Origin: Camelus dromedarius
Taxonomy: Eukaryota
DNA length: 64,000 nt
Assembly: GCF_036321535.1 (NCBI RefSeq)
Contig: NC_087441.1
Location: forward strand, 19,530,001-19,594,000
Reading direction: 5' to 3'
Below, piece after piece: positions 12,641 through 25,169 of the stretch. Within the stretch, counting starts at the first letter, position 1, and the number at the start of each line of letters is the position of its first letter. A program made the position numbers and the translations under genes. The notes under the pieces were generated by a model. That model was not told where the DNA came from, did no database searches, and saw only the letters and a list, made by a program, of their open reading frames with translations.

Positions 12641-15600
12641 AAAACAAACAGCAAACAAAAACAATAAAAGCTTTCCGCTGCTTCTCTCTATGCAGAAATA
12701 GATCATATATTTCTGTACTTCTCACACACAAAGATGTTTTCAAGGTTACAAGTCCCTCCGCCCATCCCCGGGGAAAGAGGCAAATGGTGTGTGCCTCCCA
12801 AAATGAATTCCTATAATGAGGTAATGGGAGGATGTGTTTTCTTCCTGGTTCTAAATCACAAATATCAGAGCAAGCTAGCTACAAGGCAGGCCAATAATCT
12901 ACTCAGAATATTTTCCCCCAGCGCATGTCCTGACACATGTCTAAACTGGTTGCAAATGATTGGTTTCCTTTGGGTCCCACTTTTTACAGCCTACCTGGTC
13001 TTCTGGTGATGTTGCCCTGGAGAGAATTCAATTCAAATTTCCCTTAATAAAACTCATGACCGTTTTTGCTTAACTTTAATCATTTGGACCTTCTCAAAGC
13101 ATGTGGGTGCCAAACATCAAGTTGACACATTGAACACTGTGGAGAACATGTGTTCTTTCTGGAGGGAGGTGGGGAGTGCGGTCAGCAAGGGACTGTTACG
13201 GCCCAAGCAATCATCAGAGTTTGGCTAGAGGAGTGAGAAACCCAAGCGTTTAGACGACTAGCTCTGGAACGGGATGGGGAGGAACATCCCGAGTCCCACA
13301 ACAGAAAATCACAATTTTCCACATTTGCAGAAATGATCTCTAGTGTTTATCTAGCACATTTCATGTGTCTCCCTCTAAGAGATTCTTATTTTTTAGGATT
13401 ACAAACAATGTTCAGGTTATCCCTGCTTTGATTATTACATCTTCCTTGATCCTGACCTCCTTGGACTACCAATCTCTCCTCTCTCTAACCTCCAACCTTC
13501 TTAAATAAATAGCAATGTTCTTGGACGTTTCTTGAGCCCCTGCTTTGTGCCAGTGCCCAGTGCCAAATTATAGCGAGGCCATCTCTGTATTATTGGTCAC
13601 ATCGGTCCTCTGTGTGCTGCTTCTAGAACTGCTAAATGTTTCTTTTATATACTTTTTCATTCAACAAATATGTAGCAGTGCCTAGAATGTGTCAACCATG
13701 TGCATATAGCAGTATGTGAAGCAGGTGTGGCCCCTGCCTTCGTGACAAGGCTCCCAGTCTAACACTAATTCAGATATTAGATGACAGCTTGGCATTACAC
13801 CCATACTAGTGCAAGGGCAGAGTAATAGAGTCAATTACTACCTTTTTTTCAAGTTGAGTTACGGTGTTCATGTCTCAGTTTCATTTTAATTTTTATTGGA
13901 ATTAAATCATCAAAAGTTCTATAAAGCTTATGTTAAAAGAGCAGAAACTCTCTGCCCTGTCCAACTGCAACCCTTATAGTCTCCTTCCCATGCCCTGTCC
14001 TGCTCCCCAAGGAAACCATACTCAACAATTTCAGCTGTTTCATTTATCTTTTATAACCATGTTTCTTAAAAATAGTCATAAATTGCTGTTTCTTGATTTA
14101 TCCATTTTAAATATTATCTTCTGACTTTCTAAGATGAAAGATATGAGTTCAGTCCTCTTAACAACACCTTCCCTCTTTTTTCCCCTATCTTTTATCCACC
14201 AAATACATTTACATCATATTTTGGGGGGCTAAATCAGTTTTCAGTGGTTTTTTTTTTCCTTATGCTTTGGTGTTATACCTCAAAACTCTGCCAAACCCAA
14301 ATTGCTTATGTTTTCTTCTGGGAGTTTATAGTATTGAGTTTTACATTTGGGTTTATGATGCATTTTGAGTTAATTTTTGTGAAAGGATTGTGTCTTGATT
14401 CAGTTATGTTTGAGAAGATTTGCATCTATGTTCAAGTAAGATACGTATCTGTAGGTTTCCTCCTTGTAATGTCTCTACTATTCACATCACTGGTCTCAGA
14501 ATGAGTTAGAGGGTATTTTCTCTCTTCTATTTTCTGAAAGAGATTGTGAAGAGTTGGTATCCTTTCCTCCTTAAATGTTTGGTAGAATTCACCAATAAAA
14601 CCATCTGAGCCTGGTGTTTTATGTTTTGGAATATTATTAATAATTGATTCACCTTCTCTAATAAATACAGGCCTATTCAAATTGTCTAATTTTCCTATGT
14701 CAGTTTTGGTAGATTGGTCCATTTTATCTAGTTATTATCAAGTTTGTGGGCACAGAGTTGTTCATAATATTCCTGAATTATTCTTTTAATGTCCATGGAA
14801 TCAGTAGGAGACTCCCCTTCAATTTCTAATATTAGTAACTGTATGTCTTCTCTGTTCTTTTCTTGGTTAGCCTGGCTAGGGCTTAATCCATTTTACTGAT
14901 CTTTTCAAATAATTAGTTTTTGGTTTATCAATTTCCTGTTTTCAATTTTATTAATTTCTGCTCTAATTTATATTATTTTCTTTCTTCTTTTTGGTTTTGG
15001 TACAAATTTCTCTTCTTTCTCTAGTCTTCTAAAGGGGAAACTTAGAGTATTGGTTTTAGATCTGTTTTTTTTTTTTTCTAATATATGCATTTCATGTTCT
15101 AAATTAATCTCTGAGCATTGCAGTCTCTGAATCTTACAAATTTTGATAAATTGTATTTTCATTTTCTTTCAGTTCAAAATATTTTAAATTTCTCTTGACA
15201 CTTCTTCTTTGACCTGTGTTATCTGTTAGTGTGTTACTTAATCTCCAGATANNNNNNNNNNNNNNNNNNNNNNNNNNNNNNNNNNNNNNNNNNNNNNNNN
15301 NNNNNNNNNNNNNNNNNNNNNNNNNNNNNNNNNNNNNNNNNNNNNNNNNNNNNNNNNNNNNNNNNNNNNNNNNNNNNNNNNNNNNGGTGAATATTCCATA
15401 TGAGTTTGAATAGAATGTGTCCTCTGCTCTTTTTGAATACAGTATTCTATATATGTCAACTAGATCAAGTTGATTGATGGTGCTGTTCAGGTTAACTGTA
15501 TCCTTACTAATTTTTTGCCTGCTTGATCTAGCAATTACTGAAAGAAAGCTATTGTAACCTCCAGCTGTAATAGTGGATTTGAATATGTCTTCTTAAAGTT

Positions 15601-16223
15601 CTATCAGTTCTTCCCTCACATATTTTGAGATTCTGTTGTTAGAAGCAGACACATTAAAGGTTATTATGTCCTCTTAGAGAATTAATCCTTTTATCATTAT
15701 ATAATGCTTCTCTTTATCTGGGATAATTGTGTTTGTTTTGAAGTATGCTTTGCCTGAAATAAATATCACTTTTATTTTGATTAGTATTGGCAGGTTATAT
15801 CTTTCCCCATTACTCTTGGCCTCTACTCTTGGTTTATCTATGTCTTTATCCTTAAAGTCAGTCTCTTATAGGCAACACATTTTTGGGTATTGTTATTTTA
15901 TATTTGTGACAGTTTTTGTCTTTTCATTGCTGAATTGAATCCATCACATTTAAAGTAATTATTACTATAGTTGGAGTAATAACTGCCTTGCTTGTATTTT
16001 CTATTCATTGTACTTGTTTTTTGTTTCTTTTTTCTTCCTCCTTTTTTTCTGTTTCCTGTGTTTTTAATTAAATATTTTATATGCATCCATTTTCTCTTCT
16101 CTCTTACAATATCAATTATACTTCTTTTTGTAAATTTTTTCCTACTGTTTCCCTAAAGTTGCAATACACATTCATAACTAATATAAATCCACTTTCAAAT
16201 ACTGATTCATAGGCAGTGCAGAT

Positions 16224-16293
16224 ACCTAATAACAAGGCAGTCTCACTTCCTCCTTTCCATCCCTTGTAACTTCATTGTCATTCATTTAATTTA
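16224..16293 (+). repeat. Donor copy of a 70-bp direct repeat (second copy 17573-17642)
   Basis: 69/70 identical to 17573-17642; the single difference is ccttgtaac vs ccttataac. Confidence 0.95.
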
Positions 16294-17572
16294 TCCACAT
16301 ATGATAATCACCCAATACATTGTTACTATTGTAATTTTGAACAACACTTCTCTAATAGATCAATTAAGAATAAGAAAAATAAAATATTTTATTTCATCTT
16401 TGCTTGTTCTTTTTTCTATGTTTTTCTTTTCCTTATGTAGATCCAAGTTTCTGCCCTTTATGATTTTCTTTCTCCCTGAAGATTGTCTTTTAACATCTCT
16501 TCTAGGACAGGGCTGCAGGCAATGAATTCCCTCAGTTTTTATTTTCTGAGAAAAATCTTTATTTTTCCTTTATGTTTGAAGGATAATTTTGCTGCATATA
16601 GAATTCTAGGTCAATTTTTTTTTCCTTCAGCACTTTAAGTGTTTTATGCCATTCTCCTCCTGCTTGCAGTGGTTTCTCCTGAGAAATAAGCTATGAATCC
16701 TACCCTCATTCTTCTATAACTAAAAGGTGCCCCCGCACCTGCCCTAGCTTCTTCTAGTATTCCAAATTGTGTATGTTACACCTTTTGAAATTGCTCCACA
16801 GCTCTTGGGTATTCTGTTCCATCTTTTCATTTTTTTTGTCTTGTATTTCANNNNNNNNNNNNNNNNNNNNNNNNNNNNNNNNNNNNNNNNNNNNNNNNNN
16901 NNNNNNNNNNNNNNNNNNNNNNNNNNNNNNNNNNNNNNNNNNNNNNNNNNNNNNNNNNNNNNNNNNNNNNNNNNNNNNNNNNNNNNNNNNNNNNNNNNNN
17001 NNNNNNNNNNNNNNNNNAACATTCCTGTTTTTATGTGTTCTCTACTTGTGCCACGAGAGCCCTTAATATATTAAACATGGTTATTTAAAATTCGTTGTCT
17101 GATAATTCCAACATCTGTGCCATATCTGGTTCTGATGCTTGCTTTCTCTATTCAGATTCTATTTTTTCTTTACTATTATTATGCTTTGCAATTTTTTTTT
17201 GTTGAAATTCATACATGATGTTTCCAGTACTAGAAACTGAGGTAAATAGAACTTTTGTGTGTTAGTCTACCTAGAACTTAGGCTGTGTTTAATGTTGGCT
17301 ATGGCCACAGGTGCCAGAGACTTCAATTTCCTTTAGTGTCCTTGTTTTTCTCACTCCTTCATCTTTGAGTTTCCCTAAGAATTCCTTCTTAGAGTCTGTG
17401 TCTTGTAGCTCTCTCAGTTGTAATTCACTATTATACTGGAGCCCTGTTGATGTGATGGTAGGTGAGATGATGGAAAAGTGTTCTATAATTATATGGTTCA
17501 ATCTTAGTCTTTTAGTGGACCTGTGTCCTTGGGCTGTGATACACGAAAGCTAGAAGGGGTCTGAGTCAAGTA

Positions 17573-17670
17573 ACCTAATAACAAGGCAGTCTCACTTCCT
17601 CCTTTCCATCCCTTATAACTTCATTGTCATTCATTTAATTTACCCTTATTTAAATTGCCCATTCATTTAA
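17573..17670 (+). repeat. Templated insertion: 70-bp copy of 16224-16293 plus short local re-copies
   Basis: The 70-bp copy is followed by cccttatttaaattgccc and attcatttaa before the L1 resumes at attgcccttacc. Confidence 0.85.
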
Positions 17671-20204
17671 ATTGCCCTTACCTCAAGTCTGTAAAGCTTT
17701 GGTAAAATCTTTTCCCCTTCCAAGAAGGCCTTTGTTGTTGAGAATGCTCTGGGTATATTTCAGAATGGTTACTTTTTCACTCTTCTTGCCAGAAACACAA
17801 GAGTTTTTCTTGGCTATTTGCTATTGGTCTCATTATCTTTGGGTCTCTATCAGCTAGCACAACCAGTACATAGTGAGCACTGTTTAAATAATGAAGGGGA
17901 ATCTGTAAAGAAGATGGCTTGGAATAAAAACTAGAGAGTATTCCAACTCAATATTGGTGACTGCATTCAAAATAAAGGGCAATTTAAAATTGATAGCTGT
18001 CAAATAGAGGCAAAATGTTGACTTGCTAATTTATAAAATGGGAAGACAGTTGGGCTCTATACACTCTGGAAACAACTGAAGGTCTTCCTTTTTCCAAAAG
18101 AGTGATCTGGTTTACCACTAGGTTTCTGCAAGCAGCGCAGGCTTGTATCAGGCTGGCTCTTCCTCTGGCCTGGCTCTGGACTCTCTGCTTCTACCCCTTC
18201 CATACTTCTCCACTGTACCTCCTCTTCTTGATCAGTAAGTCTCCCCAGTTTCTAGTCCTGCTGACCTTAAATCTCTCCCTTGAGCTGATCACATTCTTGT
18301 CTGTCCATTGGGAAAGCCCACATTCCCCCACCATCTACCCCACCTGAAAGGTAAATGGATGCTTATCAACAACTTCAAGCTGGAAACCCTCAACCCTTGA
18401 TTCAGTTTAAACTTCTTCCATCTCAATCCTGGGTCCTTCCCATTTCTGTCCCATTGGCCACTCTTATATAATAATAATTCCAGTTCTCCATCTCAGTGAA
18501 GTTTTCTTTTGAAGTATTTTAAGCTCTTTTTAATATATGACATACTCTTACACACCTCCACGTATGTTACACCTACTTAGTCCATTTATGATGAACGCAA
18601 AGACTACAAGGGAAAGCCCTACAGTGCCCTGTGGAGATTTCATGAATTAAAGTAGCTAAAATTGAAGTATTAAAGTCCTACCAGTTCATAAATGTTTTTG
18701 GATCTCCTAGCCTCTGGGAAGGAGAAAAGTAAATTAAGAGTTACAGCATTTACTGTTTCCTGAGTGAGTGGCAGAAATGATGTTTTGGCTGGACTGACTA
18801 GAAGAACGATGTTAAGCCTTAGTAAATTCTTCTCTCTATTTGAATGACTGAGAATCAGTTGACTTCTCCTGTGATCTCTGTTAGAACGAGCCAGGCTGCA
18901 TTAAAAAGCTCCCATGTGCTTCTGGGGGCTCAAATAATCAATTCACAACCAATGGGAAGAGACACCAGATGCATTTACTTTTAGATCCCAAAAGACAGCA
19001 AGCAAATGCAGATGTTGAGTCACTGGGAGAAATGAACAACTACACGGATGCAACAAAAATTCAAAAGCTATTTTCATTCCTTAATGTTATCCTGATATGT
19101 TGAAAAGTTGATTTTTTTTTCTCCCATAGTTTTACATTGCACTCTTAATAGGTACAATCACAGACTTGTCTTTCATAAGATTCAGCATGGCAGTATTCTA
19201 CTTGTCCATAGAACAATGATATGAGACCACTGGAGGACATTAATAGGACATAATACAATAAGATCAAAGGGACACTAGTCCTGATTAGTGGACAACTGCT
19301 TAAAAGAAAACCCGAGTAGACAGCATGTCCTTCTTTAGCGTCGCACCCACGGACCAGCTTCCTGACTGCAGCGGCATTATCAATATTCTATTTCTTTTCA
19401 TTAAGCAGTGACAGGGTGAGTATCTGGATACTGTCTATGTTACAAATGGGAATAACAAAAGAAGGACTGCTACCATGGAAACCTACCTGATGGCCTTTGT
19501 GGTGAGCTCCTTGCTACTTGAATACAAGCAAACTCCACACAATAAAGGGCTGATCAACACTAGGTATAAAGCATCTATGCAACAGCACTGATTATTAACT
19601 TTAATGAATGCCTTGAACATGGCAATCTGAGGCAGCATTATTCTTGTCCAAGCTCATTATTAGATAAGCACAGGGGAACTTGCATTAAGATAGACTTTGG
19701 ATTGCAAAGCAAGTGTCAATTTATGGCCATCTCCCATGATTTGCCTCTTGGAAAAACAAGCGGCATAGTCAGTTTAAAGATGCACGCACTTAGAAGTAAA
19801 CTGTTAACAAGCAAACTAAGAAGCCGGGTCATTGCCAACTACGTTTCAATAGATCAACCTCACTTAATTTGTACGTATCAGATATTGCTTCCTCTGCACA
19901 GTGCCTTCCTCAAAGGAAAATTAATTCAAAGGCTTGGAGCATACACTGTTTTAAATATAGCTGTATTTTATCTATGTTGATATTTTAAAGAAGGGTTTAT
20001 TTGGTCAAGTTAAGGGAATATCTCTGTTAGCTCAATATGCCAGCAATGTTTTTGATTTTCTATAATATCTTGGGGGAGAGTATACAGAGTCAAAATTTTA
20101 ATTGATTTAACAAAAAGGAATAAAAAGTTGAGTTAACAGAATTGATGGTAATGGGGGGGGTATATCACTAGCATTTTTCTTTCTTTTGAGAAAGCACTTT
20201 TGGT

Positions 20205-20307
20205 GGGGAGGGTATCGCTCAAGTGATGGAGAACAAGGTCCCAGCTTCAATCCCCAGTACCTCCTCTAAAAAAATAAATAAACCTAGTTACGTCTCCCCA
20301 CAAAAAA
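20205..20307 (+). mobile_element. Camelid tRNA-derived SINE (Vic-1-like) with TSD
   Basis: ggggagggtatcgctcaagtg (A box), ttcaatccccagtacctcc (B box), aaataaataaacctagttacgtctcccc tail. TSD agcacttttg at 20193-20202 and 20309-20318. Confidence 0.85.
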
Positions 20308-20747
20308 GAGCACTTTTGTCCTCTCCAATGTCAGCTAAGAGGCTGGCTCCCTAATGCTAGATTGTATTTGAAATCCTGGCTAGTGTCCTTTCTTCTTTAC
20401 CTAGGTCCACCTGGGTGAGAGCCACTTGCTACTTTCCAGTTCTGTTACAGAAACCTTCACTTAAGAATGAAATACCAAATGCGGACAAAGAAAGAAAATG
20501 GGAGAACTGATAAATTAATATTTCTGAAAAATTGATTTTCAGTTTTGATGGAAAACTTGTTCAGAAATACAAATAAATATGCTTTGACAAACATAACCAT
20601 TCTAGTTCTCAATTATTAAGGGTATGAAAATTTGTCTCTGAGGAATTGCAACCACCAGGGTGTTGGAAAGACAGCCATCTTACTATCTTGCCTTAGCTGC
20701 TAGCATCTTTGACCCTCATGGATTCATGGATTTGAAAGTATGCATCA

Positions 20748-21150
20748 TTCATTCATTCATTCATTTATTCCTTCACAGTTTACTGAGCCCTGACTGTGCA
20801 CAGGCATTGTCTTAGGCATTGGGGAGCATATGGAGAACATTGTAGTAGTCACTGCCCACAAGCCCAGTGGCGGTGCAGGGATGAGATTTCAGGGCAGTGC
20901 TGTATGTGTTTTGATGGGGTGACTAGGGGAAGCTATGGGGGCACCTAACGCCAACCCAGAGTGTCATGGATGGTTTCCTGGAGGAAGTGACATCTGAGAC
21001 TCAGACAGACTGCTCGTGAGCGTGAGGCCTGGAAGAAAATGATCCCCACTGAGAGAATACTGCAAATACCAGAGAGAGACCAAGGGACGTTCAGGGACCC
21101 ACAAGAGGATTAGTAGAGCTGGGGTGTGGAGTTCTGGAGACGAGGCAGAG
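20748..21150 (-). mobile_element. L2 3' end fragment
   Basis: (cattc)n start followed by tttactgagccctgactgtgcacaggcattgtcttaggcattgggg. Confidence 0.75.
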
Positions 21151-21319
21151 CTCACTTGTAGAGGGTTTGTATGTGGTTACATGCCTGTGCAGCGTGATTT
21201 TGTGGTCTCAAATTCAAACGGGCCCCCTCTGGGGCCTCACCTCCTCCTGCCTCCTTGTTAGTGCTTTTTCCCTTTAACTACATGGATAATTTATAACTTC
21301 ACATTTCCACCTTCACCCG

Positions 21320-21764
21320 CAAAAGTGGAAACAACTGAAAAATGTCCATCAGTTGAAAGATGGATAAATGAATTGTGGTATATCCATACAATGAAGTATC
21401 ATTTGGCTATAAAAACATTTGATGTATTGAATACGTGCTACAACAAGGGGGAAACCTCAAAACCATTATGATAAGTGAAAAAGGCCAGAATAAAAGACCA
21501 CATATTATATAATTCTATTGATATGAAATGTCCATAACAGGCAAATGCATATAGACAGAAAGTCATTGCCAGGGGCTTGGGGAGGGGGGACAGAACAGTG
21601 ATTGCTTAAAGGGTACAAGGTTGCTTTAGGGGGTAATAAAAATGTTCTGGAATTAGACAGTATAATGGTTGCACAACTTAATGAACACTCTAAAAACCAC
21701 TGGATTGTACACTTTAAAAGGGTGAATCCTATGGTATGAAAAATATATCTCTCTATAAAAAAAA
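21320..21764 (+). mobile_element. L1MB-type 3' end
   Basis: tgtccatcag...tggataaat...ttgtggtatatccatacaatg; ggttgcacaact; tgtacactttaaaagggtgaat. Confidence 0.85.
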
Positions 21765-22014
21765 GACAAGGTAGAGGCCTAGGTGAGCCAAGTTTGGTGA
21801 TATATTGATACTTGTTGAATCTAGTCATGGGTGACAGGGGTATAAGATACTATTTCTTCTTCAAAAAACAAAACAAAACAAGAAACCTCTTCCATATCAT
21901 CTGTGTTCCTCCTTGCATTTGGATAATTTCATGTCACAAAGAAAACAGAAACCAAGGGATAAGTTACTAAGTTTATGGTCACCAAAACTTTACTTTTGCT
22001 TGCAGACTTTCCTC

Positions 22015-22470
22015 ACTCATTCATTTCTGTATTTAAGGAATGCTTTGAGCCAAACATTCTGCTAGGAGGTGAGGGTATGGAAACAAATCGAGAAGGCCTA
22101 GCTCCCACCAAAGCCAGACATTTAAGGAGTGATTCCAAATAAGTGAGAAGCAGGAAGGAAGAAGGAGCACAAACCTAAACTAGGTGGGGAATCAGAGAAG
22201 GTTTCTTGGAAGAAGTGATGTTCAAGGTAAAAATCCAAGGACGGAAGTTCAGTAGGTTAAGGAGTTGGGTTGGAAATCAAGTGACTGGTGAGGGAAGAAC
22301 AACTGTGAATGTCTTGAGACAAGAAAGAGCATGGCGGCTCTGAGGGCTGGAGAGATGTCGAGTGTGGCTGGAGGGCAGAGGGTGAGCAGGCAAGGATGGA
22401 GAGGAGGTAGCACAGGTAGGCACAGGCGAGGTCATCTAGGGCCTGTGATGCCACTGAAGGCTTTCAGCAA
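22015..22470 (-). mobile_element. L2 fragment, left part, interrupted by the actin retrocopy
   Basis: Reverse L2 motifs; the same element appears to continue at ~24380. Confidence 0.7.
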
Positions 22471-22479
22471 AGAAAAGCT

Positions 22480-24380
22480 CTCCGGATGCTGTCACTGCTT
22501 CCCGGCCAGTTCTCCTCCATCTCTGTCTGCAGCAAATGAAAGTAACAGCACGAATCAAAAAATCACTGTTCTTTCCCTCAACAACGGCTCAGGCATGAGC
22601 AAAGGTGTCTCTGCTGGGAATGATACCATTGTACCTGGCTGCTTCCTGCTATTTATTGCCCAAGGTAACAGGATGTCATGGCAGGTCTGGGGCAGAAGGA
22701 GAACCATACGGATGATGAACCCAGAACAAGAGAGGTATCTGTCATCAAAGATGCTGTCAAGCGTGGCTCTATTCCTACTGGGTGAGGTGGGCAATCTGGC
22801 ACTACACTTTCTGCAAGGATTCCTGTTGCTCCTGAGAAATACCCTTGTCTCCTTAGTGAAGCTCCCTTGAACCTCAAGGCTACTTGTTGCAGGTCCTATT
22901 GGACACCTTTGGTACCCAGCTAAGCGTGCTGTATTCCAGCTGTGCTGTCCCTATACACAGTTGGTCATATACTGCTGGGTGCACAGACTTGGGCCATGGT
23001 GTCACCCACACAATGTCCATCTATGAGGGTTACACATGCCCCATGTCGTCCTATTTGTGGACTCAGCTAGCTAAGACTTGGAAAAATATTTCTAAAGATT
23101 GTGAGAAAAAGTCCACAGCAGGAAATGTACATAGCATTAGGGAGAAGAGGGGCCCCCCTACCCTGGATGTCCAACAGGAGCTGGTGCTCCTTGCTGATCT
23201 CCCTGGAGAAGAGAACGGAGCTCCCTGACGTCAGCTGAGGCTCTCTAGAGGAGGGAGGGTCTTAGATTCAGGAGTTCTTTCCAGCCATTTGTCTTAAACA
23301 TGGAATCCCGGACTTCATGAGAACGCTTCTAATTCAACCTTAAGACGTGATGCTGATATTGGAAAGGACCTGCACGCCAACACAACGTGCACCGTGTGGT
23401 CTGGTGCCACTACCAAGTATCCTGGAGTTCCTGACTTTAGAACACAAACAGATGTCACAGCCCCAGAACCAAGCACAACGGAAATTAAGATGTTTACTCC
23501 TCTGCGTGCAAATATGATGTCTGGCTGTTCCAGCTGACATGGATTAGCAAGTAAGACTCTGATGAGTTTGGCCTGTCCACTGGCCACTGCAACAGCAAAT
23601 ACTTTTAAATGGACTGCTGGCAGATACGCCGGGCGTCCTGTAGGAGTTAGTTCACAAGTACAAGTTTGCCCTGGCAGAGGTACACATCTTTTGTTAGACC
23701 CACCTGCCTGAATATGCCTTTAAAAAACAAAACCTGTCCTTGCCTGCACCATTTCACATTGTTCTCAACTTAACTGTTGCTTTATGACACATTTTCTGAA
23801 ATTCTGTACATACATTTGGCTTAAAGTTTAGCACATTCAATTGGAGATTTTGTGTGATCAAAGGAGGCTAAGGGTAATATGTTTACAGAAGGCACTTGGC
23901 CTGAGGTGATGGCTCATCAGCTGACTGACAATTTCTTGTGAACTGTTCACCCCTTAGAGCCTGATCAGATCTGAACAGTACTAATGATAGTTCTTGGATT
24001 TCTCCAGAGGCTGGCAAGAATTTATGAATGAATTGTCACTGCTTTCTTGCAATCTTCCAGCACTGCTAGGAAACATAGCTAATCCAAGTCTTCAGATCCA
24101 TTTTCTTTCTTATCCAATGTTTTTCCAGCAGAATATCACAGGGCTAAATTACTCACTACAGTTGCAAAATGATTTGTATTTATACCTGCAAATTTATGCA
24201 TTGTTTTAATTTACGTAAGATTTTTCTACGTAATTCTCAGCTTTTAAGGATGACTTACACATCTTGTTTTTCTACTGTGAGGTGAGAATGTCATGGCTCA
24301 AAGATACTTCATGGTATAAGGGAAAATAAAAGTGCTATCAAAAAAACCCAAAAAAAGCCTCCAAAACTGGAAAAAACAAA
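22480..24380 (+). pseudogene. ACTG1P: Full-length processed pseudogene of cytoplasmic gamma-actin (ACTG1-like), antisense to AIG1. CDS remnant ~22536-23608, 3'UTR to AATAAA at 24325-24330, decayed poly-A after 24340
   Basis: Intronless, collinear decayed actin motifs: NNGSGMSKG (DNGSGMCKAG), gaagctcccttgaacctcaaggc (EAPLNPKA), GVTHTMSIYEGY (GVTHTVPIYEGY), ctggagaagag..gagctccctgac (LEKSYELPD), gacctgcacgccaacac (DLYANT), aaatacttttaa (KCF*). The 3'UTR matches recalled ACTG1 (ggattttctccagaggctggcaagaa; ggaaaataaaagtgct). Multiple frameshifts and deletions. Confidence 0.93.
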
Positions 24381-24665
24381 CTACTGAAGAGTTTTAAGTA
24401 GGAGGACTGACACGATCAGATCTGCATTTGAAAACAGTCTCTGGCCAGGAAGGGAAAAGTGGATGAGAGGCAGCAAAGAGAGCTTGCTAAGAGGGCCTGG
24501 GTGCTAGGGAGTGCGTGGATGCGAGGGACCTGTCAAGGAGGCTGAGGAGGCAGTCGCAGACAGCCTGGCATAAGAGGAAATGGGGGAACTCACCAACCAG
24601 CCAACCAACCAAACAAAAACCAAGCAGTTTGGGGAAGGAGGGTAGAGGTAAGTGACTGGATTTGA
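24380..24665 (-). mobile_element. L2 fragment, right part, continuing after the retrocopy
   Basis: actgaagagttttaagtaggaggactgacacgatcagatctgcatttg matches the reverse L2 consensus. Confidence 0.7.
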
Positions 24666-25169
24666 AAACAAACTTCAACAGCCCCAGGTCACTGAACTTC
24701 CTGACTATGATTTGCTCTTTCTTGCCTAGAGGCCATCTTTCTCTGCCTGGGACATGGGTTTTTTTTTTTTTTTTTTTTTAACTGAATTGAATTGAGAGAT
24801 TACAAGTATTTTTCCCTCCTCCTATTCCATTTACTTGTTCATTCCCTCTTCTCCTTGTAGCCAACTATTTACCCTTCCCCCAGCAAACATTCTAGCTTAT
24901 TTTATGAATACCTTGAAATATGTATTTGTTGTTTTGTGCAAGTATATATTTTCTCTCAAAACATATTCTTGAACTAATTAATTAAAAACGGGCATAGCAT
25001 TAACCATTTAATTATTTCATGTTGTTTTAACCATTTCACATCATAAAAAACAAAAAAAAATCTCACTTCTTTTTTTAAAAAGGTATTCCACTTCTCTGAC
25101 ACTACTGACACTATGTATTTTTTTCTTTTTATCTTCAAAAATTTTTTCTTTTTCCTTTTCAAAATTTTT

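Larger units (their letters stand above)
14245..17850 (-). mobile_element. Old, internally deleted L1 (L1MC/L1MD-like) with ORF2 remnant
   Basis: Frame 14432-14722 gives LDNLNRPVFIREGESIINNIPKHKTPGSDGFIGEFYQTFKEERIPTLHNLFQKIEE, a decayed L1 ORF2p segment. Flanking sequence is L1-like. Contains gaps 15252-15386 and 16851-17017. Confidence 0.88.

Noticed and set aside
13143-13156. Androgen response element (AGAACA-tg-TGTTCT) in an androgen-induced gene
   Set aside because: The half-sites are perfect but the spacer is 2 nt; steroid receptor elements need a 3-nt spacer.
14432-14722. Active L1 ORF2
   Set aside because: Short, heavily substituted fragment within an internally deleted old L1.
22331-23228. 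179-aa and 114-aa ORFs as a functional actin-related protein
   Set aside because: They are only briefly in the actin frame, with many frameshifts and radical substitutions: a decayed pseudogene.
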